Shown piece by piece: positions 46,055 to 60,286 of a stretch of 64,000 nt of DNA (position 1 is the stretch's first letter; every line of letters starts with the position of its first letter). A program made the position numbers and the translations under genes. Origin of the DNA: Hydrolagus colliei (taxonomy: Eukaryota); contig CM068775.1 of assembly GCA_035084275.1 (NCBI GenBank), forward strand, positions 1,612,001 through 1,676,000. The letters are read 5' to 3'. A model generated the notes under the pieces. It saw only the letters and a program-made list of their open reading frames with translations. It had not been told where the DNA came from and searched no databases.

Positions 46055-49000
46055 TGTGACGACCAGGATGGTGGAAGGCAATCCAGATGGACCTTTGTCT
46101 TTTGTGCTGCAATTATTATTTTCTTATGTTTACGTAATAATCTTTTTGGTCATAAAACTTGCATTTGACATAATGCCTTTTCATGTTATTGAAATGTCTA
46201 AAGGAACTTCACAAAATGCATTATAAAATGTAGTAACTGTTTATTTTATGTGCAATAATTAACATTGTGCCTTAATTAAAATATTTATTATTTCCTATAG
46301 TTTAGTGAAGTTCTGATTATCTGCAGATGATTACTCCCTGTTTCCTGCTCTTTGAATCCTGATTTCGCATCACATACGGGCATGAATGCGTGAATCCTCT
46401 TGTTACTTCAACTGGCATTTTGATGTGGATATATTGATATTTTAAAAAATTATGTTCCTGGCAATTTTAATCTCTTTCTTTCTATTTTATCACTTGTCGA
46501 TGTGTCCTTTCTACTACTTTCCTCTCTGTTCTCTTACATTTGAGGAAGTCTATCTTATTGTCTGTGTCGATGTCAAACATGGCCTCAATAATTATCTCTG
46601 GAATGGAAGATAATGGGAATGAATTCAGCCTTCAGGCCACTTATAATAATAAACCTCTCTGTTCTCAGTCGCTGCATTTACTGAAATCACAAGCTTGATT
46701 GGTTATGAAATAGTGCAATGGTGGTGAACGGTTTGATGTGGCGGCTCATGATTTCAAGCCAGACATAAAATGTTCTCTTGGGGTGAGAAGCCAGGTGGGG
46801 AGGGCTGCTGGTGCAGTGGGAGCCCAGTGTAATGTCAGACCAGCCACACTCCTTCAGGACAAGGGGGAGAAGGAAACTGGGAAGAAATAACATGAGGCTT
46901 GTATCAGAAGTGGTTTCAGTCTTTTATTATTATTTTATTATCTTGATCGCTTATTATCAGAAGTGTGGTGTAAGGAAACTTGCCCAAGGCTTTGTCCTGC
47001 CAGGTACCAAACCCTTGTCTATGGCTTGCGAGGTGAGTGCTCTAACCCCTGAGCTACAGGATTCAACTTTGAGACATGTGGATCCACCGCTGAATATTGA
47101 ATTCTCCTTTGGGCACTGGATCTGGAAACTGTACAAGATCCACAAGGCCTCCTTATCTTACAGCAAACCTGTGAGCACAACATCAATCCCACATGGCAGG
47201 AAACTTATCATCACTGAGGATTCCTGTAGCTCAACGGTTGGATCCCTCGTCTTTCAAGCGTGAGACTTGTGTTTCAATTCCATGCAGGGCGATGCCTTGG
47301 CCAAGTTTCCTTCCTCCACATGTTGAATAATAATGCATCCCAAAGAAACCTATAACAATTTGGTCGTTTCAATCCAGGACATTGCTTTGTGCAATTAGCT
47401 GCCGTGTTTCGCCAACAACTATAGAGTCAATCCACTTTACAGTATATTCTGTGAAACGCTTTGAGACACAGTTTAGAAGATGTGAAAAGCGCTATATCAA
47501 ATCCAAGTATTTTTGTTACTCATGGCTCATAGACAACAAGACACAGAACAGCTCCATGGTCACCTCACAAAATATTCCGGCTTTCATAAAAAAAAACGTT
47601 TCTGTAGCATTATTACATAAAACAATCATTAAGAGAGGCTGGATTTCCTGATCAATGAACAGAAATATGGATAGTTCTGTGTCATTTATTTCTTTGCTGT
47701 TTTTCTGACTTTTAAGTTTACAGGAAATGATAATTTGCAGATGTTATAGAACAGATGTTTAAGTTGCAGATCAGCTCATTTGCAAAACCCTACACAAGAT
47801 GCTGCTGTTTGTATCTAAAGACTTCTTGCTGGAAAGACACAGGATGAGTCAAGCTGCCTTCAGGTGGGGCAGAAACTCACAGCACAATTGTCAGGAAGCA
47901 GCTGTGATTGTCTGCAGTCAATCAGTGATCAGCTTCCTGCCCTCACACCACAGAGCCCACAGCCTGACCTTTCATACAATATTGCCCTTCACTCCAACAG
48001 CAACAAGAACAGCAGCTGTCAGGTCATCTCAAGTGGCTGTGATTGGTAAATCGGAATAAAAAGTAAAATTAATAGATAAAATGTGTTCAATCATAGAATT
48101 ATACATCACTGGAGGAGGCCATTCAGCCCATTGTGTCTGAATTCCTCTCTCCTTTACAAATCTATCAATCTCAGTCTTGATACACAATGACCATTGGGAG
48201 GGCTCCTGTGGGAGTACTCTGTGCTTGAAAGATGTCATTTTGTTGTTGTTGTCACTGTTGAGATTTGTCTGTGCAGGACGCCACAGCGCCACAGTCAGCG
48301 GGTGTGGCCACCAGGTGTAACTGCAGTGTGTGCCCACAGTATGTGCTCTGTGATGCCCGGTGTCACAGACACACTTTTACTGGGCGGCCACCACAACAAC
48401 AAAGTGACATTATAGAGAACATTTCATATCGGGAGGACGTCCCAAGGGGCTGAACAGTCAGGTCAGGACCTGAGCCGGGAAGAGGGGCAATGTAGGGGGA
48501 AGGAGTGGAGAGAGTTCGGAGGGACAAAAGAGAGATAAGAAAGGAGGGAGAGAGTTAGGCGAGCAAAAGAAGGCACATTCAAAGAGGAGACTCTTGAGAC
48601 CAGCATTGAAGGAGGCGAGGGAGGGAGCGAGGTGAAGGGAATCTGCGATGCAGTCCCAGAGAGAGGGGGCAGAGAGGCTTTAAGCCCAGCCACTGATGGT
48701 AGGGCATGTCGGGTGAGGGATATGGAGCAGGCTGGAGCCCGCTGAATGTAGGGGTGGGCAGGTTCATAGTGGGACAGTATGTCAAAAAGATAGGAGGGGA
48801 AAGTCCATCAATGGCCTTGAAAGTGAAGACGAGGACCTTGAATTAGATCCTCTGGGGGATGGGGAGCTAATGGAGATGGGAGAGGTGATGTGGTCATGGA
48901 GCTTGGTGCAGGTGTAACTTCAGCAAAAAACACCAAACATGAACTTAATAACATAAGAAATAAGAGCAGGTGTAGGCCATTCAGCCCCTCAAGCTTGTTC

Positions 49001-50801
49001 TGCTACTTAATAAGATCTTAGCAGATCTTCTAACTCAGTTCCATTTGCCAATCCTATTCTGATAACCTTCCCAAATCTATCAATCTCAGTCTTCAATATA
49101 TCCAAGGATTGAGCATCCACAGCCTCATGGGGTAGAGAAATTGATGGTCACAGTTGAGCAGGAGCTAAATCATTATCACAACCAGCGGCTGGAGCAGCTC
49201 ACAGGTGAGGGGGATCTGAGGCCAGGCTGACCTGAGGCTTTGGCCACTTTATCATTGTGGATTTCAGCCTCAATAGCCACAAGATGGGTCTTGTGGCCAT
49301 TGAGGCTGGAGGATGGTCATCTCCGTCGCCTCAGGCCTTGCATTGGGATGCAAGGCCTGAGGCCACGGAGATGACCAGGGACTCACCCTCGGCTGGTCTG
49401 AACACCATCACCACAATCACTGACTCACTGAGGCCTCAAACAACCAGAAACCAGCAGCCATGTGATGCCATCCCGCCCACGTCATTAGAATTTCCCAGCC
49501 CTGGACTCACTGAGAAAACAGCCGTTATGATTCACACCAGCCCAGAGGGTAAACCCTGCCTCACTGACAACCACCGCCTACCTCTCCCCCACCCTCCAAC
49601 ACTGTCTGATCCTAGTCATAGCACTGCTTCCCCAAAATGCTCTTGTCCCTGCCCCCACACTCCACTATTCCCAATCAAACCTCCCCTCCCTCCAACCGCT
49701 CTGATTCCTATTATTGCTTGACCTTTCCACAGCCTTCCTCTGACCCACTCTTCAAATTCTCCATTGCGCTCACCATGGCAGATGTCACCGTCTGTCCGAC
49801 TGCAGCCACCCTGACTCACCCATCCCACACTCTGTAACTCCAGCTGTGCTCCCAATTCTCTGCCTCCTCTTGCCTCTATCCCACCTCTCCCCTGTGCTTG
49901 GTTCCCGAATGCTGACTGTTCAGTGCCTTGGGACGTCCTTCCGACATGAAAAGCGCTCTATCAAATTAATCTTGTTGTCACTGTTACTACATACAGAATG
50001 ACACAAGTGTTGTACAAAAAAACATGAATGTGAATTCAGAATAGTAATATTTATAACGAATTGAAAATATCGATCACAACAATGCTTCCCTAATGACCCA
50101 CAGCTCACAATGACTTAAGTTGACCAAAACAATGTTGCCAAAGAGATGGAGGAATAATGTCCAATTTATATTTGGTTTAGTGTCCACCTAGAGGTATTGA
50201 GGTATTCAGGCACAGCAGCCCTTTCAATCAGCAAAATAATATCCCAGTAAAGCAGTACTGTTACATAGTTTGAGAGCAGCAGTAAAGGTGTTGACAGTTG
50301 TCTAAGACTTAGTCTTGACTGTTCCTTCTTCAGAAGCTACAATATGGCAACTCCAAGTTCCACTATCTTCTTTTCTTCTTTGATCCTCAAATCGATCCCC
50401 CCTTTTATGTTCATCAGGTGATCTTTTCACCCAGTTTCTTCTGCAAGAGGGTTCCTCTGCAAAACTAAATGTTGCTCAGCTGTCTCTCCACCTGCAGACC
50501 ACCTCTCCATGGGAAACACACAGATAAGGCCAGGGAAACGGTTTGTCAACTTTAACCAGTTTGTTGTCTCTTCTGCAAAGAACCAGCTCCCATCATTGTG
50601 AAGCCAGTCACAACAACAAAAACAAAACTACACTAGCTGCCAACACAAGCGAACGACCAATCACATATCTCAAATATCTATTGTTAATGTAATTGATACA
50701 TTAATATAATACATTAACTACAGATCTTACAGTAATATTGGAAAGTTTCCCTGTTTGTGAAGATAGTCACCAATGTAGGTAAAGTTGAACCATGTCGCCA
50801 A

Positions 50802-51733
50802 TTACTTTCCTACCGTTTTTTCCTGCTGTTTTATCATTAATTTCGCAATGATATGAAAGGGATAAACTAACCCTTTCTTAAACTCATCTCTGAACTTAGT
50901 CTGAGTTAAAGCATATATACAGGTGATGGCACAGCAATTCAACATTTGCAGCATGTTTCCAGTTTCTTGGACAATATATCGGGTGCTATTGACCAATGTT
51001 TCGCTATAACTAAAATTGGAAAGTTGCCATATGACAGAATGTACAACATAAGTTGTCCACAAAATTATAAAAGTGCCTGATATGGCGAACAGTAAAATTA
51101 TGGATTTTCTTCGGGTTTCCAACTCGGGATCAATTGTTTTCTCAGCGTTTCTATGACCCCGAAGCCTCCTGCGGACTTTACTGGCCATCAGAATGTGTCT
51201 GATAATCATAGTGTTGAACAGGCAAATCAAAGCAAATACAAACAGTGGATTAAAAACACGGATAAACCTTTCGTATAATTTCCAGGTGAGCAAAGTATAA
51301 AAGTTTGCTTTGAAGACACAGTACCACGGGGTATTGTTAACTATCAACTGAGGAACAAATAAAAAGTAACAGGGAATGCTGACTGAGCAGCAAATAACAG
51401 ACAGAGTTACAATAACCACTGTGGCCGTTCTCTCCGTGCAATATGTTGGTTTCAGCTTTTGGCAGCAAATGGCGACAAATCGGTCAAAACTGAAAGCAAC
51501 AGTGAACCACAAAGACATGAACATTGCAGCACACATCAACACAAGTCTCACACTACACACTGGAGTGTAGAATAAGAAATTTAATGGGAAATACAGATTG
51601 TTAATTTGGTTTAACAACACATCCACGAGGACAACCAGGAGATCCGCGGCTGCCATGGCCACCAGATAGCGAGTGACACACTTTGAGAGACCACAGTTTC
51701 CTCTTGACAGGATCACAATCGCCAGCAAATTAA
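50802..51733 (-). CDS. GPR139-like GPCR exon 2, unit C (intact; 333 aa with exon 1)
   Basis: Open 7TM frame with a DRF motif. Acceptor at 51734/51733. 70+932 nt = 334 codons including stop. TM7 reads CCAITCIY (N in paralogues). Confidence 0.88.
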
Positions 51734-52537
51734 CTGTGTGAAGGAAAGAAAATAGGGAAAATTATTCACATGAATACAGGTGTGAGATGAGGAGCTTAAT
51801 GGTGTGTCAAAGTTGTTTGTTTATCCTTTGAGTTGATTCAATTCCTTTAGAACAACATCCATATCTCAAACCTTTAGCAAACCGTTTCATACAGGTACGA
51901 ATTGTGGCCTTGTTGTAAGGTAGCCTGCATTAAACAATCAGTAAAATTATTTCTCCTGATTCTTTCCAAAGTGTTACTCTCGAACCTCACCCTAGTTCAC
52001 CAGCCACCTCCTGTTCTTCAAAGATCAGGTGTTGGGCGCTGAACGTACCCGGCTCATATCTGGTCTAATGGTCCACTGGCATATCTGGCACATCAAAAAC
52101 TACCTCTCTGCCCTGGTCTCCAGCAAATCGTACTTCTACTCCAGGATAATCCAGGACAACCACAACTTCATATTCTCCTCAACAAACCAGCTCCTCCGCG
52201 CTTCCCCGTCCACCTCTCAGATCCTCTCCTCCAACTTCCACTGTGAGGAGATGCTGGATGACCTCGAGTCCAAAACCGAGGGAATCTGCTTAGCTGTCAC
52301 CACCCTTCCAACTTCTGCCCCCACACACCACCCTCCCACACCCCAACATCTACCTATCCCTACTCTGCGCAATTTGGCTGCTGCGTTTTGCCCACAAATA
52401 TACAGTTAATTTTTCTACTCGTCTTCATTCTGCCCCGATCCCTCCCCCCATGCTCTTGTCCCTACCAAACTGTACATTGGCTTGGGCCGTCCTCTTGACG
52501 TGAAATGCATGATATAAATGTAAGTATCGATTGAACG

Positions 52538-52590
52538 ATTGATCGATTCATTCATTCATTCATTCATTCATTCATTCATTCATTCATTGA
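52538..52590. repeat. (ATTG/ATTC)n microsatellite
   Basis: Direct reading of tetranucleotide repeats. Confidence 0.95.
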
Positions 52591-54297
52591 TCCCTACTTC
52601 TACACCTTCAGAATAGATGAGGGTGGGGAGAACCTGTCTCCCCATCCTCTGTCATCGCAAACATATCTTCCATGAAGTCCACCACCTGCTCCATGGATCC
52701 CATCCCGACTCGACTCCTTACTGCCCAGCTCCACCTCCTTACCCTACTACTTGCCGACACAGTCAACCTGTCCCTTTCATCCGGAACGTTGTCGTCCTCT
52801 TCATAACAGCCACTATCACACCAAGAAATATTCGCATGATGTGATGCACCTATATCCTCCTGATTGGATCATGTCAGCAACTCCACAACTCAGGCACTGG
52901 CAACATCGGCTTCCAAGGCTGCACTCTCCATCTCTAGAAGTAAGTCAGGGACCTGGGTGTCTTGTTCTACCCTCAACTGTCCTTCCTCTCCCACATCACC
53001 ACCATTGCAACATTGCCAGACTGCAGCACTGCCTCAACCCTCAGGTTACCAAACCCATTGTCCACACATTCATCACATTAAGGCACGACTATGGAAACTC
53101 CCTCCTCACTGTCGGTTCTGGCTCTTCCTTTCACAATCTGCGGAACATCCAGACTTTGCAGCTCATGTCCTCTCCAGCACAAAGTTCTGTGACCACATCA
53201 CTCCCAGCCTTGCCCGGCTCCATTGCTTCAACATCCCCAGAGGATAAAATTCAAGATTCTCCTCCTCACTTCCAAGGCCATTCATGACGTGGCCCCCTCC
53301 TATCTCTCCGACCTTCTGTCTGCTTGTGAACCTGGCAGATCACCCTATTCAGTGATCTCTGATCATCTCCATGTCCCGCACCTGACTCGTACTACCATCG
53401 GTGGATGGGCTTCCAATATCTCTGCCCCCACACTCTGGAACTCCATCCCACATTCCCTGCACCTGGATTCCTCCGTTGCTTCATTCAACGCCGGTATTCA
53501 AGGCTGGTCCTCTTCGACCATGCCTTCTGCCGCCCTCCCAACTCCGTCCCTCCCATCCTAACTCTCTAAAGCCCAACCCCCCTGCCCCGCCCCACTCCCT
53601 CACTTCGGTCCCGACCTGACTGTTCCGCACTTTGGTGCATCCTCCCCATATGAGAGACGCTCTATAAATGTAATTTTGTCATTGTTGTTGTTGTAAGGTT
53701 GAAATCCCAGAAAAATGTCTCAAAAGTATGATACTACAATTATTCAGTGCCTTCTCTGAATAACCCAGCTCGTCTAAAAGCCACAAATTCTGTGTCCATT
53801 TTTGATACTGTTATATTTGAATTCAGAAAAGTTATGATAAATCACATTTATTTGCATGAGAACAGAGATCTTTTGGCTCTTTGCCTCTGCACCAGCTCTC
53901 AGATCAAGTTGTACATTCAGATTCATAGCCCTGGTTATCCCCATTTCTGTAACCAAGTCCTGTAGCTGAGTGATTAGAGCATTCACCAAGCGATGCATCT
54001 GTGTTCAATTCCAGGCAGGTCAGGACTAACCTTCAGCAAGTTTCCTTACTCCACCATTGGTAATAATCCATCATCAACAGTTAATAAAATTGATCAGTTC
54101 AATCCATGATAGTTTGTAGGACACGGAAACACACAATTAGCTCTCGCCTTTCGCCCACAAATACAAAGTCATTTCACTTTGACGTATATACTTTGAACTG
54201 ATTTGAGATTTCTAGTACACATGATAAGCCACTATACAAAATGTCAATTGAACTAGACTCTTCACAATTGCCAGACCGTGAAAACAAATAGAATTAC

Positions 54298-54367
54298 CCG
54301 GAATTGCAAATGCTACCAGAATGGGGTAGTAAATAGCTGCTATAGCGTACACTGTTGGAAATTCCAT
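54298..54367 (-). CDS. GPCR exon 1, unit C
   Basis: MEFPTVYAIAAIYYPILVAFAIP G|gtaatt, the same peptide as the unit B exon 1. Confidence 0.88.
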
Positions 54368-56699
54368 GCCCTGATTTACACTCTGGTGTAAAACTGGTTT
54401 TCCTGTTGAAATGGATGAACTCACTGAGCTCACACTGAAAGAAATTTGTACTTATAGTGAATGTGATGGTACAACTTGAATAATGATTGTAACTAATGCA
54501 ATTAATTCCAGAACAGTGAATAACCAATAGTGTTTTCACATGAGAATTGCACTCTGCTAGGTAAACAGAGGTGTGTGGCTCAAGCAAACTTGCAAAATGT
54601 TTCATCCTGCTGGGAATCAAATCCAGGTCACTGGCTTACTTGGTGAGTGCTCTGAACACTGAGCTACATGACTGCACAATATGAAGTTTCGGGCGCAAAT
54701 TAGTTTTTTAATTGAAAATCGGAACAAAAATCATATTTCCTGAACTCTTTCCCAATACTGCACTATCTTGGCCTCATAGTACTGTAACACACAATAGGAA
54801 TCCACCGAGTCAGAGGATCCTCTGTCTAATCATGATAACACAACCACTTTACACAACGAAGTATTTTTGCATTTCTACTGTCAGCGATTGTCAGCGAATC
54901 GGCAGCTGTGCCTTCTTCGTAATCTTTGAATATAACAATGCTTGCATGTGTTACAGCGCATTTTGATATATTCTAGAATATAAGGTAACATAATTATTGA
55001 CTGTACATTGGTGGGCAAAACGTGGCAGCCAATTGCTCGAAGCTGTATCCCACAAACGATACTGGATTGTAATGACCAATTTTGTTATTGTTTTTTGTGA
55101 GGGATTATTACCAGGCGTGTGGAATGAGGAAACGTGCCCAAGTTTTCACCCTCACCCTCTGGGAAGCACAACCACATATCTCACTTTTTAGACAAGTACA
55201 CCAACCACTGAGCTACAGAACTCCACATCGAGCCACAGAAATGTACATTGAATGTTGATTTTCTATAAGTAAACAATGAAATATAAACTCTACGTTTTTT
55301 GAGGCCAATATCTAAGCCTTCATAATTCATCACATACCCATCTTCAACCATATTATATCCAGGATTTATGTATCAAAGTTTCTTAATGAAATATATCTAT
55401 AATTATGACCTATAATAACATCTTGTCAGCTGGGTGTCACAAACCCATTATCAAACTTAAAGCAAGTTAGTGAGGTCCATGCAACCCACACATGGGAATT
55501 GCTATGTTTGGAATGGAATGAACAAGCTTTACCAGGAGGACACATCCTGTTTACCTGATTCCAGACAGTATTTGGACCAGGTCAGCAAGACCCAAAGCTG
55601 AGGAACCAGAGTGTGAGCTTTGGGGAACTGCTGGAGTTTAACCAACTGAAACCACAGAGCTGAGAATTGAAAGCAGCCTCCGGTGTGTTTGTAATCTGTT
55701 TGAATATTTCAGGAAAAGTATTGGTGATAGAAACAACAACAACAACAATTAATAATATTAATAATCCTTGCATTTGATATTGCGTTTTCATATCTTATCA
55801 ACGTGCAAAATTGCTTCACAGAATGTACTGTAAAGTGAATTGACAGTATATTTTTGGGTGAATCGCAGCAGCCAATTGCACTCAGCAGCGTCCCACAACC
55901 AGCCATGGATTGAAATTACCAATTTTTATTGTTGTGGGTTTTTTTGGACGGATTATTATTGGGCACATGGGGTAAGGAAACTTGCCCAAGGTTTCGCCCT
56001 GATCTGCCTGGATTCTAACACAGATCTCACACTTGTAAGGCGAGTGCTCTAACCACTGAGCTACAGGGCTCCACATATGTATTACATATGTATAGAGCCG
56101 CTCACGTCGGGAGGACATTCCAACACTATTGAAGGGAACAAATCTGTTTCTTTCATTACGACAACAGGTATTGTGATAAATAATATTTATATATCACATT
56201 TACTTGCACAGATGTTTCGCCCACTGTTGAAATGTGTCTGCCCCATCCCTTCAATGTCACCAATGGTGTTGCCCTCTATTGACAAGGCACCAGCCTCTGG
56301 AAATCTATCTCAGTGTCTCCACCNNNNNNNNNNNNNNNNNNNNNNNNNNNNNNNNNNNNNNNNNNNNNNNNNNNNNNNNNNNNNNNNNNNNNNNNNNNNN
56401 NNNNNNNNNNNNNNNNNNNNNNNNNNNNNNNNNNNNNNNNNNNNNNNNNNNNNNNNNNNNNNNNNNNNNNNNNNNNNNNNNNNNNNNNNNNNNNNNNNNN
56501 NNNNNNNNNNNNNNNNNNNNNNNNNNNNNNNNNNNNNNNNNNNNNNNNNNNNNNNNNNNNNNNNNNNNNNNNNNNNNNNNNNNNNNNNNNNNNNNNNNNN
56601 NNNNNNNNNNNNNNNNNNNNNNNNNNNNNNNNNNNNNNNNNNNNNNNNNNNNNNNNNNNNNNNNNNNNNNNNNNNNNNNNNNNNNNNNNNNNNNNNNNN

Positions 56700-56753
56700 G
56701 ACGGAGGGACGGAGGGACGGACGGACGGACGGACGGACGGACGGACGGACGGA
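56700..56753. repeat. (GACG)n microsatellite at a gap edge
   Basis: Direct reading. Confidence 0.9.
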
Positions 56754-57065
56754 TTATTTCACCTCATTTGATTACAAATAATGTCTCCCGTTTCCCCCAG
56801 GATTATTGTATGAATACAGTCTTTTGTGCTGCAATTATTATTTTCTTATGTTTACATAATAATCTTTTTGATCATAAAACTTGCATTTGACATAATGCCT
56901 TTTCATGTTATTGAAATGTCTAAAGGATCTTCACAAAATGCATTATAAAGTGTAGTAACTGTTTATTTTATTTGCAATAATTAACATTGTGCCTTAAATA
57001 AATGTTTATTATTTCCTATAGTTTAGTGAAGTTCTGATCATCTGCAGATGATTACTCCCTGTTTC

Positions 57066-57556
57066 ATAGAATCATAGAATCATAGAATCATAGAATTTTA
57101 CGGCACAAAAGGAGGCCATTCGGCCCATCTAGTCTGTGCCGGATCTTTGAAAAGAGCGATTCAATCCCACTTCCCTGCCCGCTCCCCATAGCCTAATAGA
57201 CCCGTTCTCCCTAAATAAAGATCTAATTCCCTTTTAAAAGTTGTTATCGAATCAGCCTCCACCACCTTTTCAGGCAATACATTCCAGATTCGAACAACTC
57301 GCTGAGTGAAAAAATTTCTCCTCAGCTCCCCTCTACTGCGCCTTGAAACTATTTTAAATCTGTGACCACGAGTCACAGATTCACCCACGAGTGGAAATAG
57401 TTTTTCTCTATTTGCCCTGTCGAAACCCCTCATGATCTTATAAACCTCTATTAGGTCTCCCCTAAATCTTCTCTGCTCCAGAGAGAATAACCCTAGCCTA
57501 TCTAGCCTCTCCTCATAGCTGAAGTCCCTCAATCCTGGCACCATCCTAGTAAATCT
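57066..57556 (-). mobile_element. 5'-truncated CR1 (same young subfamily), unit D
   Basis: MVPGLRDFSYEERL...GKWD and a (catagaat)n tail on +. The empty site ccctgtttcctgctc is at about 46336-46350. Confidence 0.92.
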
Positions 57557-60286
57557 GCTTCCTGCTCTTTCAATCCTGATTTCGCATCACATACGGGCAT
57601 GAATGAGTGAATCCTCTTGTTACTTCAACTGGCATTTTGATGTGGATATATTGATATTAAAAAAAATTATGTTCTTGGCAATTTTAATCTCTTTCTTTCT
57701 ATTTTATCACTTATCGATGTGTCCTTACTCCTACTTTCCTCTCTGTTCTCTTACATTTGAGGAAGTCTATCTTATTGTCTGTGTCGATGTCAAACATGGC
57801 CACAATAATTATCTCTGGATTGGAAGATAATGGGAATGAATTCAGCCTTCAGTCCACTTATAATAATAATCCTGTCTGTTCTCAGTCGCTGCATTTACTG
57901 TAATCACAAGCTTGATTGGTTATGAAATAGTGCAATGGTGGTGAACGGTTTGATGTGGCGGCTCATGATTTCAAGCCAGACATGAAATGTTCTCTTGGGG
58001 TGAGAAGCCAGGTGGGGAGGGCTGCTGGTGCAGTGGGAGCCCAGTGTAATGTCAGACCAGCCACACTCCTTCAGGACAAGGGGGAGAAGGAAACTTGGAA
58101 GAGATAACATGAGGCTTGTATCAGAAGTGGTTTCAGTAATTTAAAATTATTTTATTATCTTGATCGCTTATTACCAGAAATATGGTGTAAGGAAACTTGC
58201 CCAAGGATTTGTCCTGCCAGGTATCAAACCCTAGTCTCTGGCTTGTGAGGTGAGTGCTCTAACCCCTGAGCTACAGGACTCAACTTTGAGACATGTGGAT
58301 CCACCACTGAATATTGATTTCTCCTTTGGGCACTGGATCTGGAAACTGTACAAGATCTACAAGGCCTCCTATCTTACAGCAAACCTGTGAGCACAACATC
58401 AATCCCGCATGGCAGGTGACTTATCATCACTGAGGAGTCCTGTAGCTCAATGGTTGGAGCCCTCGACTGTCAAGCGTGAGACTTATGTTTCAATTCCATG
58501 CAGGGCGATGCCTTGGGCAAGTTTCCTTACTCCACATGTTGAATAATAATGCATCCCAAAGAAACCTATAACAATTTGATTGTTTCAATCCAGGACATTG
58601 CTTTGTGCAATTAGCTGCCGTGTTTCGCCAACAACTATAGAGTCAATCCACTTTACAGTATATTCTGTCAAACGCTTTGAGACACAGTTTAGAAGATGTG
58701 AAAAGCGCTATATCAAATCCAAGTATTTTTATTACTCATGGCTCATAGACAACAAGACACAGAACAGCTCCATGGTCACCTCACAAAATATTCCGGCTTT
58801 GCTAAAAAAAAACTTTTCTGTAGTATTATTACATAAAACAATCAATAAGAGAGGCTGGATTTCCTGATCAATTAACAGAAATATGGATAGTCCTGTGTCA
58901 CTTATTTCGTTGATGTTTAGGCTTATTTTTCTGACTTTGAGTTTACAGGAAATGATAATTTGCAGATGTTATAGAACAGATGTTTAAGTTGCAGATCAGC
59001 TCATTTGCAAAACCCTACACAAGATGCTGCTGTTTGTATCTAAAGACTTCTTGCTGGAAAGACACAGGATGAGTCAAGCTGCCATCAGGTGGGGCAGAAA
59101 CTCACAGCACAATTGTCAGGAAGCAGCTGTGATTGTCTGCAGTCAATCAGTGATCAGCTTCCTGCCCTCACACCACAGAGCCCACAGCCTGACCTTTCAT
59201 ACATTATTGCCCTTCACTCCAACAGCAACAACATCAACAGCTGTCAGGTCATCTCAAGTGGCTGTGATTGGTAAATCAGTAATGGTAGAATAAAAAGTAA
59301 AATTAATAGATAAAATGTGTTCAAGCATAGAATTATACATCACTGGAGGAGGCCATTCAGCCCATTGTGTCTGAATTCCTCTCTCCTTCACAAATCTATC
59401 AATCTCAGTCTTCACGATAGACACTAAGACCATTGGGAGGGCTCCTGTGGGAGGACTCTGTGCTTTAAAGATGTCATTTTGTTGTTGTTGTCACTGTTTA
59501 GCTTTGTCTGTGCAGGACGCCACAGCGCCACAGTCAGCGGGTGTGGCCACCAGGTGTAACTGCAGTGTGTGCCCACAGTATGTGCTCTGTGATGCCCGGT
59601 GTCACAGACACACTTTTACTGGGCGGCCACCACAACAACAAAGTGACATTATAGAGAACATTTCATATCGGGAGGACGTCCCAAGGGGCTGAACAGTCAG
59701 GTCAGGACCTGAGCCGGGAAGAGGGGCAATGTAGGGGGAAGGAGTGGAGAGAGTTCGGAGGGGCAGGAGAGAGATAAGAAAGGAGGGAGAGAGTTGGGCG
59801 AGCAAAAGAAGGCACATTCAAAGAGGAGACTCTTGAGATCAGCATTGATGGAGGCGAGGGAGGGAGCGAGGTGAAGGGAATCTGTCACTGTTACTACATT
59901 TGGAATGAAACAGTACATCATTGATATCTCCTCATAATGTAAGGGTTATTTAGTCCTGTGATGTCCTGGTGAAATACAGAATGACGCAAGTGTTGTGCAG
60001 AAAAACATGAATGTGAATTCAGATTAGTAATATTCATAACTAATTAAAAGTATACATCACAAAAATGCTTCCATATTGACCTACAGCTCACAAGGATTTA
60101 AGTTGAACAAACCAATGTTGCCAAAGAGATGGAGGAATAATGTCCAATTTATGTTTAATTTCATGTCCACCAAAAGGTATTCAGGCACAGCAGCCCTTTC
60201 AATCAGCAAAACAATAATCCAGTACAGCAGCACTGTTATATAGTTTGGGAGCATCAGTAAAGGTGTTGACAGTTTTCTAAGACTTA

